A stretch of DNA of 64,000 nt from contig CM068754.1 of NCBI GenBank assembly GCA_035084275.1, forward strand, positions 10,044,001-10,108,000, written 5' to 3'. Numbering within the stretch: the stretch's first letter is position 1; each line of letters begins with the position of its first letter. A program made the translations under genes and the position numbers. Of the stretch, positions 52,436 through 64,000 are shown piece after piece. Source of the stretch: Hydrolagus colliei. Lineage: Eukaryota. The notes beneath the pieces were generated by a model, which was not told the DNA's origin, made no database searches, and saw only the letters and a list, made by a program, of their open reading frames with translations.

Positions 52436-52757
52436 GAGTCCTGTAGCTCGGTGGTTAGAGCACTCGCCTTACAAGTATGAGTGAGACCTGTGTTTCGAAT
52501 CCAGGCAGGTCAGGGCAAAACCTTGGGTAGGTTTCCTTACTCCACACGCCTAATAATAAGCTGTCCCCAAAAAAACACAATTTTAAAAAATTGTTCATTT
52601 CAATCCACGACTGTTTGTGGGACACTGCTGTGCACAATTGGCTGCCATGTTTTGCCCACAAATATACGGTCAATTCACTTAAAGTATGTTCTGTGAAGTG
52701 CTTTGAGATGTCTAGAAGACATGAAAAGCGCTATATCAAATGCAAGAATTATTATTT
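52436..52757 (+). mobile_element. Full-length tRNA-derived SINE
   Basis: A-box tagctcggtgg, B-box gtttcgaatcc, body and tail. Confidence 0.93.
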
Positions 52758-54624
52758 TACTTTTTTTTTTCTCATGTGCTTTTTGCATTATAACATGGGG
52801 AAATTGTATCCTGATTAGCAGCAAGGTTTTTTTTTAACTAATTCAATTTTGATACCGAAATATTCTAAGTTGTCTGACTAATTCAAAATTAGAAAAAGTA
52901 TTTAAATATTCAGCTGGATCTTTCAACACTCTGTCCCAAACTCATCTAATCCCCTGGGCACAACAGCTTAACGTTTCCCAGAACCTCAGAAGAAAAAGTA
53001 AGCAAGCTAAAAAAAAATCTACCGGAAGAAACAATATTAATTATTGCACAACTAGAGGTCAGTGCACGTATTATCTTGCAGAATGAGTTTATCCAGCCTC
53101 AGGTCTGGGAATTATGTAACTTATTTTCATATTTGCACATGTATGAGATCATAATATTCAGCTGCACGAACAGTAACCACTTTCCACATTACCCTCACAC
53201 AAAAATGCTTCCCCACCCAATGCTTCCCAGCAGCTATAAACGATGGTATTATTTCCACCTGACATATAACTTTTTCACGGTGAATCATGCAGCGAGTACA
53301 GCTTTTTAACTCCATGATTCAATATAAACACACGCAGGCAGGAGCAATTGCCGAAATTCATAGCCAGCTTTGTACATTCTGATAAAGGCTGTTTACTGCT
53401 TCAGTTCTATGCAGCAGGATATAAGTGCAACATCACTATCGTAACACTTTACATTTGGGGTGGTGTAAATATAGTATTCACTTCAGACTCTACTGAACTG
53501 AATTGAAGTGTTAGGCAAGGTTTTACCTCTATAGAGTTGTATTGTTTCTCCCTGTGCCAAGCCACAGAGATTAATAATTTACTGGAGCTCCGTGACTTAC
53601 TTATTTATTTCGAGTAGTCTTAAACTGGCTGCAGCCTGCCTTGTACTTGAATGCTTTGAAGAGATGGCATAAAATGTGGCAAAGTTTATGAACTTGTCAG
53701 CCAGCAGCCAGTCGCAAGCTGTACCATTATATAGGAGGACCTTCACTGTCTCCCTGATCCCAAGATAGTACTGGGAATTCACATTGCCACAGTTTCACAG
53801 AAGTCATGTGAAAGACTGGAATTTTAATTTGAAAAACAAACTTGTGGTTTACATTCTAGTATATTTACTGTTCCAAAACCAAGTGGGTGACAAACCGAAA
53901 AGAGAGTTAAATTAGCACCAAGATGCATAAACTTGAATGAGCATTCTTTCAACATTGTAACTCCTAATCTCTGGGGAGAGGTGAAACAGCTCAACATTAG
54001 TAAGTTACCTGGTTAATGTATTCCGTAGCCTTGGGCTTGACCTAGCCTTCAATTTCTTCTCGTTTTGTCCATGAGACTACTTATAAATGTCCTGTTATTC
54101 ACTCATTGAAACCTTCTGCATATGCACAATACAATCTAATTTGTTCGGTGTACAGATATTTCTGCATGGATAACTCAGCAACATTGAGCAGAATGGATGT
54201 CAAGCCTGCCTTTGCACTGAATTGCTTGAAACTTCGGTTTTATTTTTTCCTAAAAGCTTAAAGAAAAAAGCTATAATGGTTCTTTGTAATCTTGTTTTGT
54301 GCATCAGCGCAGTTTATTTGAAAAAATAATAAGTAATTAGCACATAGCAATATATCAAATAATATGCACAAACTTCAAATCTCATTTCGCATTGTGTCCC
54401 CAAACCAGAATTGTTGAAGGCTTTTGTCGTCGTATTCCCGTGTCCTGTTTTTGTTTGAAAGTTAACTATAAATTCAGTTCCAAGATTTTTTAAATTGTAT
54501 TATTCCTAAATAGGAACATGTAAATGTATTGTTTCTCCCGAAGTGATACCAAAGCTATTGTTTTGATTGACACCATAGTCTTTGGTTCATATAGTGACGA
54601 TATGCCACCTGTCAGGTCACCATG

Positions 54625-54772
54625 GCTGATTGTGGGACTTTGCTGTGCAAATTGGCTGCCACATTTTATCTCCACAGTCGCTACACTTTACAATATATCC
54701 AGTGAAATGCTCTGGGATGTTTTCCCAACATGAAGGGTGCTATTGTATATCCAAATTAATGATTATTATCAT
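54625..54772 (+). mobile_element. SINE 3'-tail fragment, older copy
   Basis: tgtgggactttgctgtgcaaattggctgcc...gattattatc. Confidence 0.7.
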
Positions 54773-56799
54773 CCATAGAGTGCTGTTGTTTCTGTGTTCA
54801 GACTCACTAAGTTTCAGGATCCCAATATCTTCATCTCATGACCAACTGGGGCACAGTCCAAAACAGTATTCAGGTCATTAGTATTCATTTTTATTGTCCA
54901 AGATATTACTTAATTGTTATTATAATAATTTAACACACAGAGACAACATTTCTTGCAAATTCCAAAGTAGTTCAATTGTGTTGAATTATTAAGCAAAACA
55001 TAATCAAATAAGAATTGTGAAAAGGATTATTAAAAGAAAACATGACATGGAAATCACAAAAGCCTTGTGTGAAGAATTGACTTGCGCACTTTATGGTAAA
55101 TGATACATTAATATTCATTCAACCGCACCATTCCTTCATTAAACAGAATGGATTTTAATGCCACAGGAAGCAAATTAAGCTATGTTTCAGTTGGAACACA
55201 AATACAAATACTATGGTATAAATCAAACATCTTCCAAAACAGTCAGCAGTCTGCTGACATTCCATTGGACGACCATATATGGATTTTAAAATCATTTATA
55301 TTTTATATTGTGTTGTGCAAGTGTCTTGCAGTTTGTTTTAGCAACAACAATTTGTATTTATTTTAGGCTCTTCTTACAGGATTAGTGTCTTGGAATGCCA
55401 TACAAATTGGTATTTGAAGGTGAGCAAGGGAGGTGACAAGAGAGGGAGGTACAGTCAAGCAGATTGGTCTAAAGTGGGATATAAAGATAAAGAGGAGTGT
55501 GAAGTATAGAGATTGGGCCAAGGATTTCTGGAGGTTGGGGGCTGCAATTCAGTTGCCACATCTTAATCCATGCACAATACAGTATTATGAGAAGACGCTG
55601 TCATGTGTTCCTGCTGAAACAATGTGGAGTATGTTTCGAAGTATGTTTGAAAGCAAATGTTTTTGAAACATAGTTTGTTTGAGCCAACAAAGATGGAACA
55701 ATATTATTTTATATATATTGCCTTCTTTGGAAAGTGAATTATCTCTAATAGCATCCATCAGAAAATTACTTGAACTGTATAGGGAGTTGGATACTTTGCC
55801 AAGAAAATACTCAGATGGTTAATGCGTTTATGTTGCAGTTAAGTGAATGGTAGAATAGTTTATCAGCGTTTTACCATTTTGCAATCAAGGCAGTCTCCTG
55901 GGTTTTCAGCAGTCTCCTGAAGAGGTTATGATCCTATTCCCTGCTACCATAATCCTGTAGAAATTGCAATGACAGGAAACATCTTCAAAATAATGAGACA
56001 CAATTTGACTGAACAGCTGAACTGAACAGTCTGAATGCTTATGTCCCTCTAGTTTGGGCTAACATTGTGGTTTAGTGTCTATCAGTTCCCAAAATGCTTG
56101 TTGTTAGCCCTTGAATCATAACAAAAGGGAAATGCACAAGTGCTGTAACTGAGCAGATTTATAGAACGAGTGCGAAGATAAATATAAGCAAAGTAAGGGC
56201 ACTAAACCATGTCTTTGTTTTTGACAGGGCACAGAGATTAAAATTTAAAATCAGATAGATTTTTTGTGTGGAGGGAATTTGACTCATTTTATGGGGCTTC
56301 CAAAAATGTGTGAAATTGCATTTTTTAAAAAGACTATTGTTATAAAATAAAAAGCAATGATTCTTATGAAATGGTGTTTAAATTTTTTTTTAAAAAAAAT
56401 CAAATTTGTGATTGCTTTTCCTTACCTTCTTCTGAAGACTTTTTCCAGTAGTTTTGCAGTGCAGCGTATGTTGGCCTTTGCTTTGGACACATTGAAGTTG
56501 ACGCATTATATCATTAATGACGAGACCATTTTAAAATTTGGGTCAGGCAGCTGTCTGACACATATGGAAACCAATCACCATTCTGAAGATAATCTAAACC
56601 AAACTTGAGAATTCCATGCGCCTTACCTAAGCATGGAAAATCCAGAGATAGATTGCTGGAAAGGAATGCGCACTCTCTCCCTGGAGAGATGCATCCAGCT
56701 TACCTAAATCCAGGGAGTATCAGCCACAGTTTGGTAAGAGCCAAGGCTTGGAGACTCCAATCAGACATGAAATGCATAGCTCCCCTGTACTACACTATT

Positions 56800-57790
56800 T
56801 TACTTAGAATGGACTACACAGCCACAAATACCAACTATGATTATTAACTGGGATTGCAACTTGATTTGTCCCTGGCTCCTCGTTTACTTTGCCCACATCC
56901 ACCTGAGCATTGTTATCCTCTTGCCTAAAAGAGGCCCGAGTCACGCTGCTATATTGAGCAGGGACGATATGACACACAGATTTGACGTATCTTCTTGCAA
57001 CTGTATTATATACAACAACAACAAAATTACATTGATGGAGTGCCTTTCACATCGGGAGGCGCACAACTCCCCCTTTGAAACCTAGAGAGCAACATTATCA
57101 GTTATTCAGTTCAATTGCATTACTATCCCTGAGGGTATGCTTTTTTTCATTGTTCATGTGGGCTTAGGAAATTGGCAAAGGAGTCATAAACTTGAAAGGT
57201 ATAAAAAAATAATGGTATGGCTAGGAGCTCTTAAGCAGTCATCCATCTCTTAGTTTACTTCTCTGAAATGTCTTGGCAAGTTTGGGTTGTGCAAAAAAGA
57301 ATTATGATTGCAGCTGGAAAGTTGGCATGGCTGTCTGTGGTAATGTTACATGCATCATCTACCACCTGAATATTCACTGAATGGAACCTTTTTATTTCTG
57401 GAGACATTGGCATTCATTCTAAGGTGTACCAGTGGGTACATGGATACAGTTGATTCCAGGATGTACTGGAATCCAGCCACGGTAAAATCCTGTTTGGGTC
57501 TCATTTGCTTGTAAGGCATCAATGGAAAGCTGATGTAATGATAGATTTTCTTCAGTAAGCATTGGTGACCTGAAACGTTGATTTTGCCATGATTGCAACC
57601 CTCATGGTTTTTTAAGGTACTGATTTGATCAGCACCTGTAACACAGTAGATGAGTATTGCAGTCATTTGAACTGGTGCCTGTTGGGTACACGTTACTGAT
57701 GCGTGACATTCCAAATCCTTGTAAGGGTCACACACTTGCTTATTAAATCTAAACCTAAGCACAATTGGCACCCTCAGATTCCCTGTCTAC
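56800..57790 (-). pseudogene. Fossil PIF/Harbinger (HARBI1-like) DDE transposase with multiple frameshifts and stops
   Basis: Manual multi-frame translation gives colinear motifs: RFRF; PVQMTAILIYCVTGADQ; YISFP; KQDF-TVAGF; INCIHVP (57440-57454); RNKK/FHSVNIQVVDD (57354-57386); ANFP(G)CNHNSF; DG*LL (57233-57247); FMTPL (57176-57190); NAIE (57110-57121); SRF; YSCKKIRQI; LLNIA (56947-56961); then an acidic tail. Confidence 0.85.
57012..57061 (-). mobile_element. Short L2 tail inserted into the Harbinger fossil
   Basis: acaacaacaacaaaattacattgatggagtgcctttcacatcgggagg. Confidence 0.85.
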
Positions 57791-57809
57791 AAGAAGATGA
57801 ACTGTGGAA

Positions 57810-58170
57810 TTAATGGAATGAAAAAAAAGGCATTCAGCCCAACTCGCTCATTCCCTTCCTAAATCTCACAAATCCTACTTTGGATCCAACCACACCCACC
57901 CACGCTGACTACAGGACACAGCTCCACATAAATATTCCATTAAGTCCAAATGTAATCAGTCTGCATCTTTCCCTTCGTCCTGCAGTAATATTCTTAAGCA
58001 GACACTTAGCCAGTTCTTTCTGGGACCATTAATCAAAACTGCATTAACTGCTTTTTGTTGGGAGTCCCACATATCCTCTGATCTGTGGAATATTTTCTTT
58101 CTCTAGTCGCATTAAAATTTTTTGAATCTTAAACCGATGTTGACCAATTGCAACAGGGTCTCCGGCACCT
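57810..58170 (-). mobile_element. Highly decayed CR1 3' remnant
   Basis: aggcattcagcccaactcgctc resembles a reversed CR1 3'UTR. The body similarity is weak. Confidence 0.4.
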
Positions 58171-59179
58171 TTGAATTTGTGAGAAATTAGTTTAGGGCTT
58201 TGTTTGCTTTGTGGTTGAAAACAACATAATAACTGTTGTGATGGCTGTGGTGAAATTGATTTATTAATTGAAATTAATAAAAATTGAAATTCTTTAATAA
58301 AATTATTTTTGTGTTCAATGAACCACTAAATTAATTTACATGAATGCTAAGTGATATGTAACCAAAGCACTAAGAAATGGTGCCCATGGAAAACAATGGA
58401 CTGCAAATCAGTTAACACAATACTGTACAAAATAATACACTCTACATTATTGGCAATCACATGAACCATAGATTATCAATAACAACAACAACAAAATTAT
58501 AATTGTAGAGCGCCTTTCACAAATGAACGCAATTTTTAGGTGTTGTAAAATAGGTTTTGCCTTCCCATTTCTCTCTAGTCTAAAATACAAAAAATTCATA
58601 ATGAAATGATGAAGTAAACTACAAGGGCTATAAGGAAATTGCAATTTGTTTACTTTCAGAGGTGTTTTTAAACTGTGGGTTTACGCTCAATATTTGGCAC
58701 GCCAAGTCAAGCCAGCCAGCCCAAACTTTTGATATACGTTGCTGCCAGCTATATGAGAACTGTCAATGTGGGGGAAATGTTTGGAGTGAGATTTATGATC
58801 AGCAAGACTGACTCCAATTGCAAACCTATTTCAAGATATGGGCCTGTGTTTATTTTTCAGAGTGGCATACATCAAAATAGATTGCATTTTTAAACCACAT
58901 TGACAGCTCTGCAATAGCTTGCATGGACAGAAAATATTTCTCAAACTCTTGTCAACTCCTTTAGTTTCCAGGCATCTCTTTGGTCTTAGTTTAGGAGATG
59001 TTTTGGCTCCAAATATTCCCTGTCAGCTCTCTACAACAACAACAACTTACATTTATAAAGCGCTTTCCATGTGAGGTAGTATTCCAGAACTCTCTACAAT
59101 TCACACCACTGGATATTTAATTATTTGACACTTTTCCTCTTTAGGCACACATTCAGAAAAATATACTGTACTGTATCAC

Positions 59180-59322
59180 CTACTGCCGTGCGCAGTTGGC
59201 TGCCCCGTTTAGCCTACAAATATACAGACAATTCACTTTACAGTATATTCTGTGAAGCGCTTTGAGACGTCCATAAGATGTGAAAAGCGCTATATCAAAT
59301 GCAAGGATTATTATTATTATTA
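59180..59322 (+). mobile_element. SINE 3'-tail fragment
   Basis: Near-consensus shared tail. Confidence 0.88.
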
Positions 59323-61449
59323 TATACCGTATCAGTTGATCTCATTATCATTTTACTGCAAAAAAGTGAGCAAATTTTGTTAGTCCTCCTGACGTGAAAG
59401 GCGCTCTGTAAATGTGATTTTGTTTGTTTTTGTAATTGTTGTTGACTTGACATGATTTATTCTTGTAAATAAATCTATTATTTAGAAAAACAGATTTTTC
59501 ACACACACAAGCATATATGCAGAGTTTTGAAGCAAATTAATTAAACTAAAGAAATCTATAGTTTGAATATGAGGAATCGTGAGATATCACTTATTTCCAG
59601 AGAGTTAATTTACAATAGTGTTCAAATCAGGCAACACCATTCAGTTTATTGATTTTGGAAGCTGGTAGTAAATCCAATTTACCTTCAGTTCTAAGGTTTT
59701 ACGCTTTTACAGCACCATACATAACCCATCGTCTGTGCAGTACGTCAATAATTAGCATGTTGTGTGTCATTGTATTGTTCTGATGTCTACTTTATTCAAA
59801 GGATGACATATTGGAGCCAAGCCCATGATATGTCCAGTTTCATCTATGCCAGAGGAACATTGTGATATATAAGCGGTGGAAGGTTGCTTAATGCACAAGT
59901 GTAACCCTGTTTCATTTCTTCCGAATGCATTATGTATACTGATAGTCTGGTGAAATGGTATTGGAAACTGTGGTGCATCAGCTGGAGATGACAATTGAAC
60001 AATAGCGATTTATTACCAGCTTCACTTAAATACATCAAGGTGGGGGAAATGAACTATTGACACGCGGGCAGAGGAATATCTATAAACTTGAATACCGTAT
60101 AATGTTATGTGTCTGCTTTGGCCTCAAGATATGTAGTAGATGTGGTATCAATTCTTCAATGCACGTATTGTATAATGTTATGTGTTATCATCTGCTATGT
60201 CTCATTTCTCACATAGCTCTGTGTCTTTTTATCCTGGGTGATGCACATTACTATGCCCACAAACATGGACTCCCAAATGGCTAGATCTTAAAGGTTATTG
60301 CCTGAAATTTAAAAAAATCTAAGAAGCGTCCGTTGGCCATATGCATAGAAATCAAAATTAAGATATATTTTTTAAAAATCTTAATTTGTACCATGACGCA
60401 TTCTGCTCAAATGACCTGTTACAAATGGCTGCACAGGAACAATCCAATCTTGAGGAAAATCTTACTTTGAGGGACTTAAATTTGTCAAAATATCACAGTC
60501 TTCCTGAAGCTTTAGCTGATTTTAGATGACAGGTGAAATCTTTGCTACAGTTGGCCATCTCACACTATCATTTCACTTTGGGGAATGCTGAAGATTAACA
60601 AAAACAACAAAATTACATTTGTATAGCAAAGGCGTAATTGTACAAGAAGCAAAAATTAGAATGACTTCATTCCTGAGGAATAAAATAACCTAAACATTCA
60701 CCACTCAGTCACGTATGTCTGTGAGGTCAGAATGAATGACGGCAGTTGCATGGTTCAACAAACTAGTTTCACACCTAGTGAATCAACATCAATGTCAAAC
60801 ATCTTTGTATCCATTGTATCTTTGATATTGTGCCTTATGTTGTGGAGCTACCTTAAAGCGACTTCAGAGAATGTACTGTAAAGCAGAGTGAGTGTATTTG
60901 TAGGTGGGTGTATTTCACGCACCCCGAGATGCTATCCTGCCTGAGGGGGACTATGTAAATGCGGATTGTTGAAGGAGGACAGTATATTTTATAAGAAGAA
61001 TCTAAGGCTGTTTGAAGCAAAAAATAAATCAGCTACATGTGAGTTTTCAGAATATTATGAGAACTATAATTGGAATAGAATGGTATTGTAGTAGAAATTA
61101 GCTTAAAATAGGAACCTGAATCCAACCGAATTTCAATCCGCCTCCGGGTTTCAGCTGAAGATGCGCTCAATTTTAATTGCCAAGTCACAAATAAATGGAG
61201 TTTAAAACAATACATAAACAAGGAACAGCGTGTACAGCACTTGATAATAAGGAGGAAGGAAACTAGAGAAAATGGTTATTCTTAGAGAAATATATGTTAT
61301 TTACAGAGAATGAGGCTTCAACTTTGTAAGCGTTCACATTGAGTTCTCTTGCTATTGACTCATAGAATTTAACAAAAGCACCACAAAAACAACAACCAAA
61401 TTACATTTGTACAGCCATAGTGCCTTTCACGTCGGGGGGACATCCCTCA

Positions 61450-61690
61450 GCACAGAAATGGGCCATTTGTCCCAGCTTGTCAATACCAATGCTTATACAG
61501 TACCAATGCTTATCCACGTAAGCCTCCAGTCCTCCTAATCTCCACACTCTGCTATTTACTTCTTCCTCATGTATGCATTGTTTCCTCTTAAATTTATTGA
61601 TGCTTTCTGCTACAGCCACAGCTTCCAGCACTGAGCTTCACCTTCTCATCTGGAAAGACATTCCATCTAAACTCCCTGTTCGACCTTGCA
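61450..61690 (-). mobile_element. Decayed CR1 3' remnant
   Basis: VAVAESINKFKRK resembles VVEADSITTFKRE, followed by a CR1-like 3'UTR. Confidence 0.6.
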
Positions 61691-62249
61691 TCTCTTTACA
61701 GATATTTTCTAGAAATTAAGGAGAGATCAGTCAGATACCTGCTTAATTGACAGATAATTAAGATATATCCTCCAAGATACAATACGCAAAACCGAAAGGA
61801 CGCCACAATAATAATAAATCATGAGAGCCAAATCTCACAACACTTAATTTTCCTACCTGGAGTGCATTACCAGGCGGAACAAAGCAGGAATTGTTTACAA
61901 GGCCAACTGGTTCACTTGTGAATATTCAAGCTGATTGATGTTCTGTAAGCATAAGGTTTCACTGGATGTCTCATTTTACTGCAATGTTATTGATTTGGTG
62001 TAAATTTGGCGAATTTATTAACAGAAGCCATTTAACATATGTGAAGAGAAAATTCTGTTTCAAGTCCTTTTTTAAAAAAAAGTCACCTCCCAATAAAATT
62101 CAACTTTGACTTGCAGCCAAGATGGAAAATTCCAGCCTAGGTCATTTTTTCAACAAGCACATATTTTCTGTACACGCAACAAACAGTGGAAATACAGGCT
62201 GCAATTGAAGGGGGTTAGGACATAAATCTGCAGAAACATTACTTCAGTG

Positions 62250-62468
62250 AATAATAATAATAATAACAAATAATAATAATAATTATCCTTGCATTTGATA
62301 TGGCGCTTTTCACATTTAGCGATGTCTCAAAGCGCTTCACAGAATATACTGTAAAGTGAATTGACTGTATATTTGTGGGCAAAATGCGGCAGCAGTGTCC
62401 CACAAACAATCGTGGATTGAAAATGACCAATTTTTATTATTGTGTTTTCTTTGGACAGATTATTATGA
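62250..62468 (-). mobile_element. SINE 3'-half with an extended (TTA)n tail
   Basis: Reverse complement of the shared body and tail. Confidence 0.9.
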
Positions 62469-62666
62469 GTAGTAAGTGAATGGAACAGGCTCACTGGAGA
62501 GATGATGGAAGCAGAAAGTGTTGATTCAAGAAGAAATAATATATGTTTCTGTTCGGACATAATATCTTGGGATTCCATATATAGTTTGGTGACTGCCAGG
62601 AAGGTGGAAGGCAAAATGGGTGGAACATGTGCTGCGTTTGCCTTGCAGGTTCTTATGTTCTTATCA

Positions 62667-63425
62667 TTCAGTCAGGAACCTCGGCATCACGTTCGACCAT
62701 AAACTCTCCTTCCTCCCCCACATCCGTGCCTTGACCTCCACCTACGCAACATTGCCAGGCTCCGCAACTATCTCACCCACCGCGCTGCCGAAACACTCGT
62801 GCACGCATACATCACCTCACGGCTGGACGACGGAAACTCTCTCCTCGTCGGCCTCCCCAGCTCCTCCATTCACAGGCTGCAGGTCATCCAATACTCTGCA
62901 GCCCGTGTATTATCCCGCACCCACCTCTGCGACCACATAACCTCCACCCTCGCCCGTCTCCACTGGCTCCCCATCCTCCAGAGGATCGAGTTCAAGATCC
63001 TCGTCCTCACCTTCAAGGCCTTACACGGCCTTGCCCCGCCCTATTTAACCGATTTACTTTCCCCCTATAAGCCCACCCGGACTCTCCGTTCAGCAGGACT
63101 TGGCCTGCTCCAAGCCCCCCGCCCGAACCACCCCACCATTGGAGGCCGGGCTTTCAGTTTCTCCGCTCCCACCCTGTGGAATTCTATCCCCCAATCCCTC
63201 CGCCTTGTTTCTTCCCTTTCCTCTTTCAAGGCCGGTTTGAAAACTCTCCTCTTCGACCGTGCCTTTTGTTCCCCCCCGAATTTTTCGACCTCCCCTATGT
63301 GTTTCACCCCTTCCCAAACACTCCCCTCCCAGCTCGGGTCACACGCCTCCTGTGCAGCGCCTTGGGACGTCCTCCCGACGTGAAAGGCGCTTTATAAGTT
63401 TAAATTGTTGTTGTTGTTGTTGTTG
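62667..63425 (+). mobile_element. Young L2 3' fragment, same subfamily as 17248-18840
   Basis: ORF 62799-63383 is nearly identical to the C-terminal part of ORF 17287-18543. It has a 13-nt deletion near 62736 and a (TTG)n tail. Confidence 0.96.
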
Positions 63426-63485
63426 AGTGCCCCCAAAGTTATGAATGAGTTTAGTTTAGTTTTCTGTTACAGCAGAGGAAAAGCA

Positions 63486-63790
63486 AGTCCTGTAGCTCAA
63501 TGGTTAGAGCACTCACCTTACAAGCGAGAGATGGGTTCAATTCCAGGCAAGGCAAAACCTTGGGCTAGTTTCCTTACTCCACACGCCTAATAATAATTCT
63601 GTAAAAAAAACATTTTTCAATCATTTCAATCCATGATTTGTGGGACAATGTGGGACAATGACTGCTGTGTGCTGTCACATTTCACCCACATATATACAGT
63701 CAATTCACCTTACAGTATATTCTTTGAGGGGTCTGGAAAACGTGAAAAGCGCTATACCAAATGCAAGGATTATTATTATAATTATTATAA
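63486..63790 (+). mobile_element. Full-length tRNA-derived SINE
   Basis: tagctcaatggttagagc...ggttcaattcc head, body and tail. Confidence 0.92.
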
Positions 63791-64000
63791 TGTACAAGCC
63801 TCAATCAGTGTAAAATTAACCTGTACTCTGTTGAAACATACAAAAATCAAGTTTAAGATTCTTATTAATAGAAGTTGAAAATAAAAACATTGCAGATGAA
63901 CATCAGAATAATTATGTTATTTCCCACACTTTGTTGCTGGGAATCATTATAAAGGTTTATTGTACCATCCCCAGTCTCCAATGGTTGCATTACTTATTAC

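Noticed and set aside
52436-52515. tRNA-Val(TAC) gene, superficially like bacterial tRNA-Val
   Set aside because: Always attached to the SINE body and tail and mutated differently in each copy. The D-arm fits vertebrate Thr/Ala-type tRNAs, so neither a tRNA gene nor horizontal transfer is needed.
53601-53815. Minus-strand candidate exon ending in a GTAAGT donor, with a 61-aa open frame
   Set aside because: There is an in-frame stop just after the best acceptor, no recognisable protein and no partner exons.
57355-57771. Functional domesticated HARBI1 gene
   Set aside because: Multiple frameshifts and stops, lost catalytic residues and an L2 insertion show it is a fossil.
9285-61450. Recurrent short repeats resembling a CRISPR array
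   Set aside because: They are dispersed, in both orientations and irregularly spaced. They are L2 tails.
487-63878. About 170 short ORFs in the six-frame track
   Set aside because: The DNA is eukaryotic. These ORFs are chance frames or off-frame and antisense readings of LINEs and SINEs, with no recognisable host protein.
3500-64000. TENT5D/FAM46D, the neighbour expected from recalled mammalian synteny
   Set aside because: No long ORF with TENT5 nucleotidyltransferase motifs on either strand.

Overview
This is AT-rich vertebrate genomic DNA. A cartilaginous fish (chimaera or shark) is the most likely source, inferred from the CR1, L2 and DeuSINE-type repeat content. The window opens in the last coding exon of a BRWD3 orthologue (C-terminus ...SRSGRVRRMTEKAKASHLMGWSH*, stop at 449), followed by a probable ~3 kb 3'UTR. 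The remaining ~60 kb has no recognisable intact host coding exon. It holds 5'-truncated CR1 and L2 LINEs, many 30-70 bp L2 3'-tail insertions, an abundant tRNA-derived SINE family with an L2-type tail, older Deu-domain SINE relics, a probable solo LTR and two decayed long inverted repeats. The best hidden signal is a heavily frameshifted, near full-length PIF/Harbinger (HARBI1-like) transposase fossil at ~56.8-57.8 kb on the minus strand, which the ORF track shows only in part. Weaker candidates are a sense-strand G:U hairpin in the 3'UTR and RFX/CArG motif clusters in repeat-poor stretches. I see no CRISPR array, rRNA, prokaryotic system or demonstrably novel functional system. All family assignments come from recalled motifs and by-eye alignment, not from database searches, and repeat boundaries are approximate.
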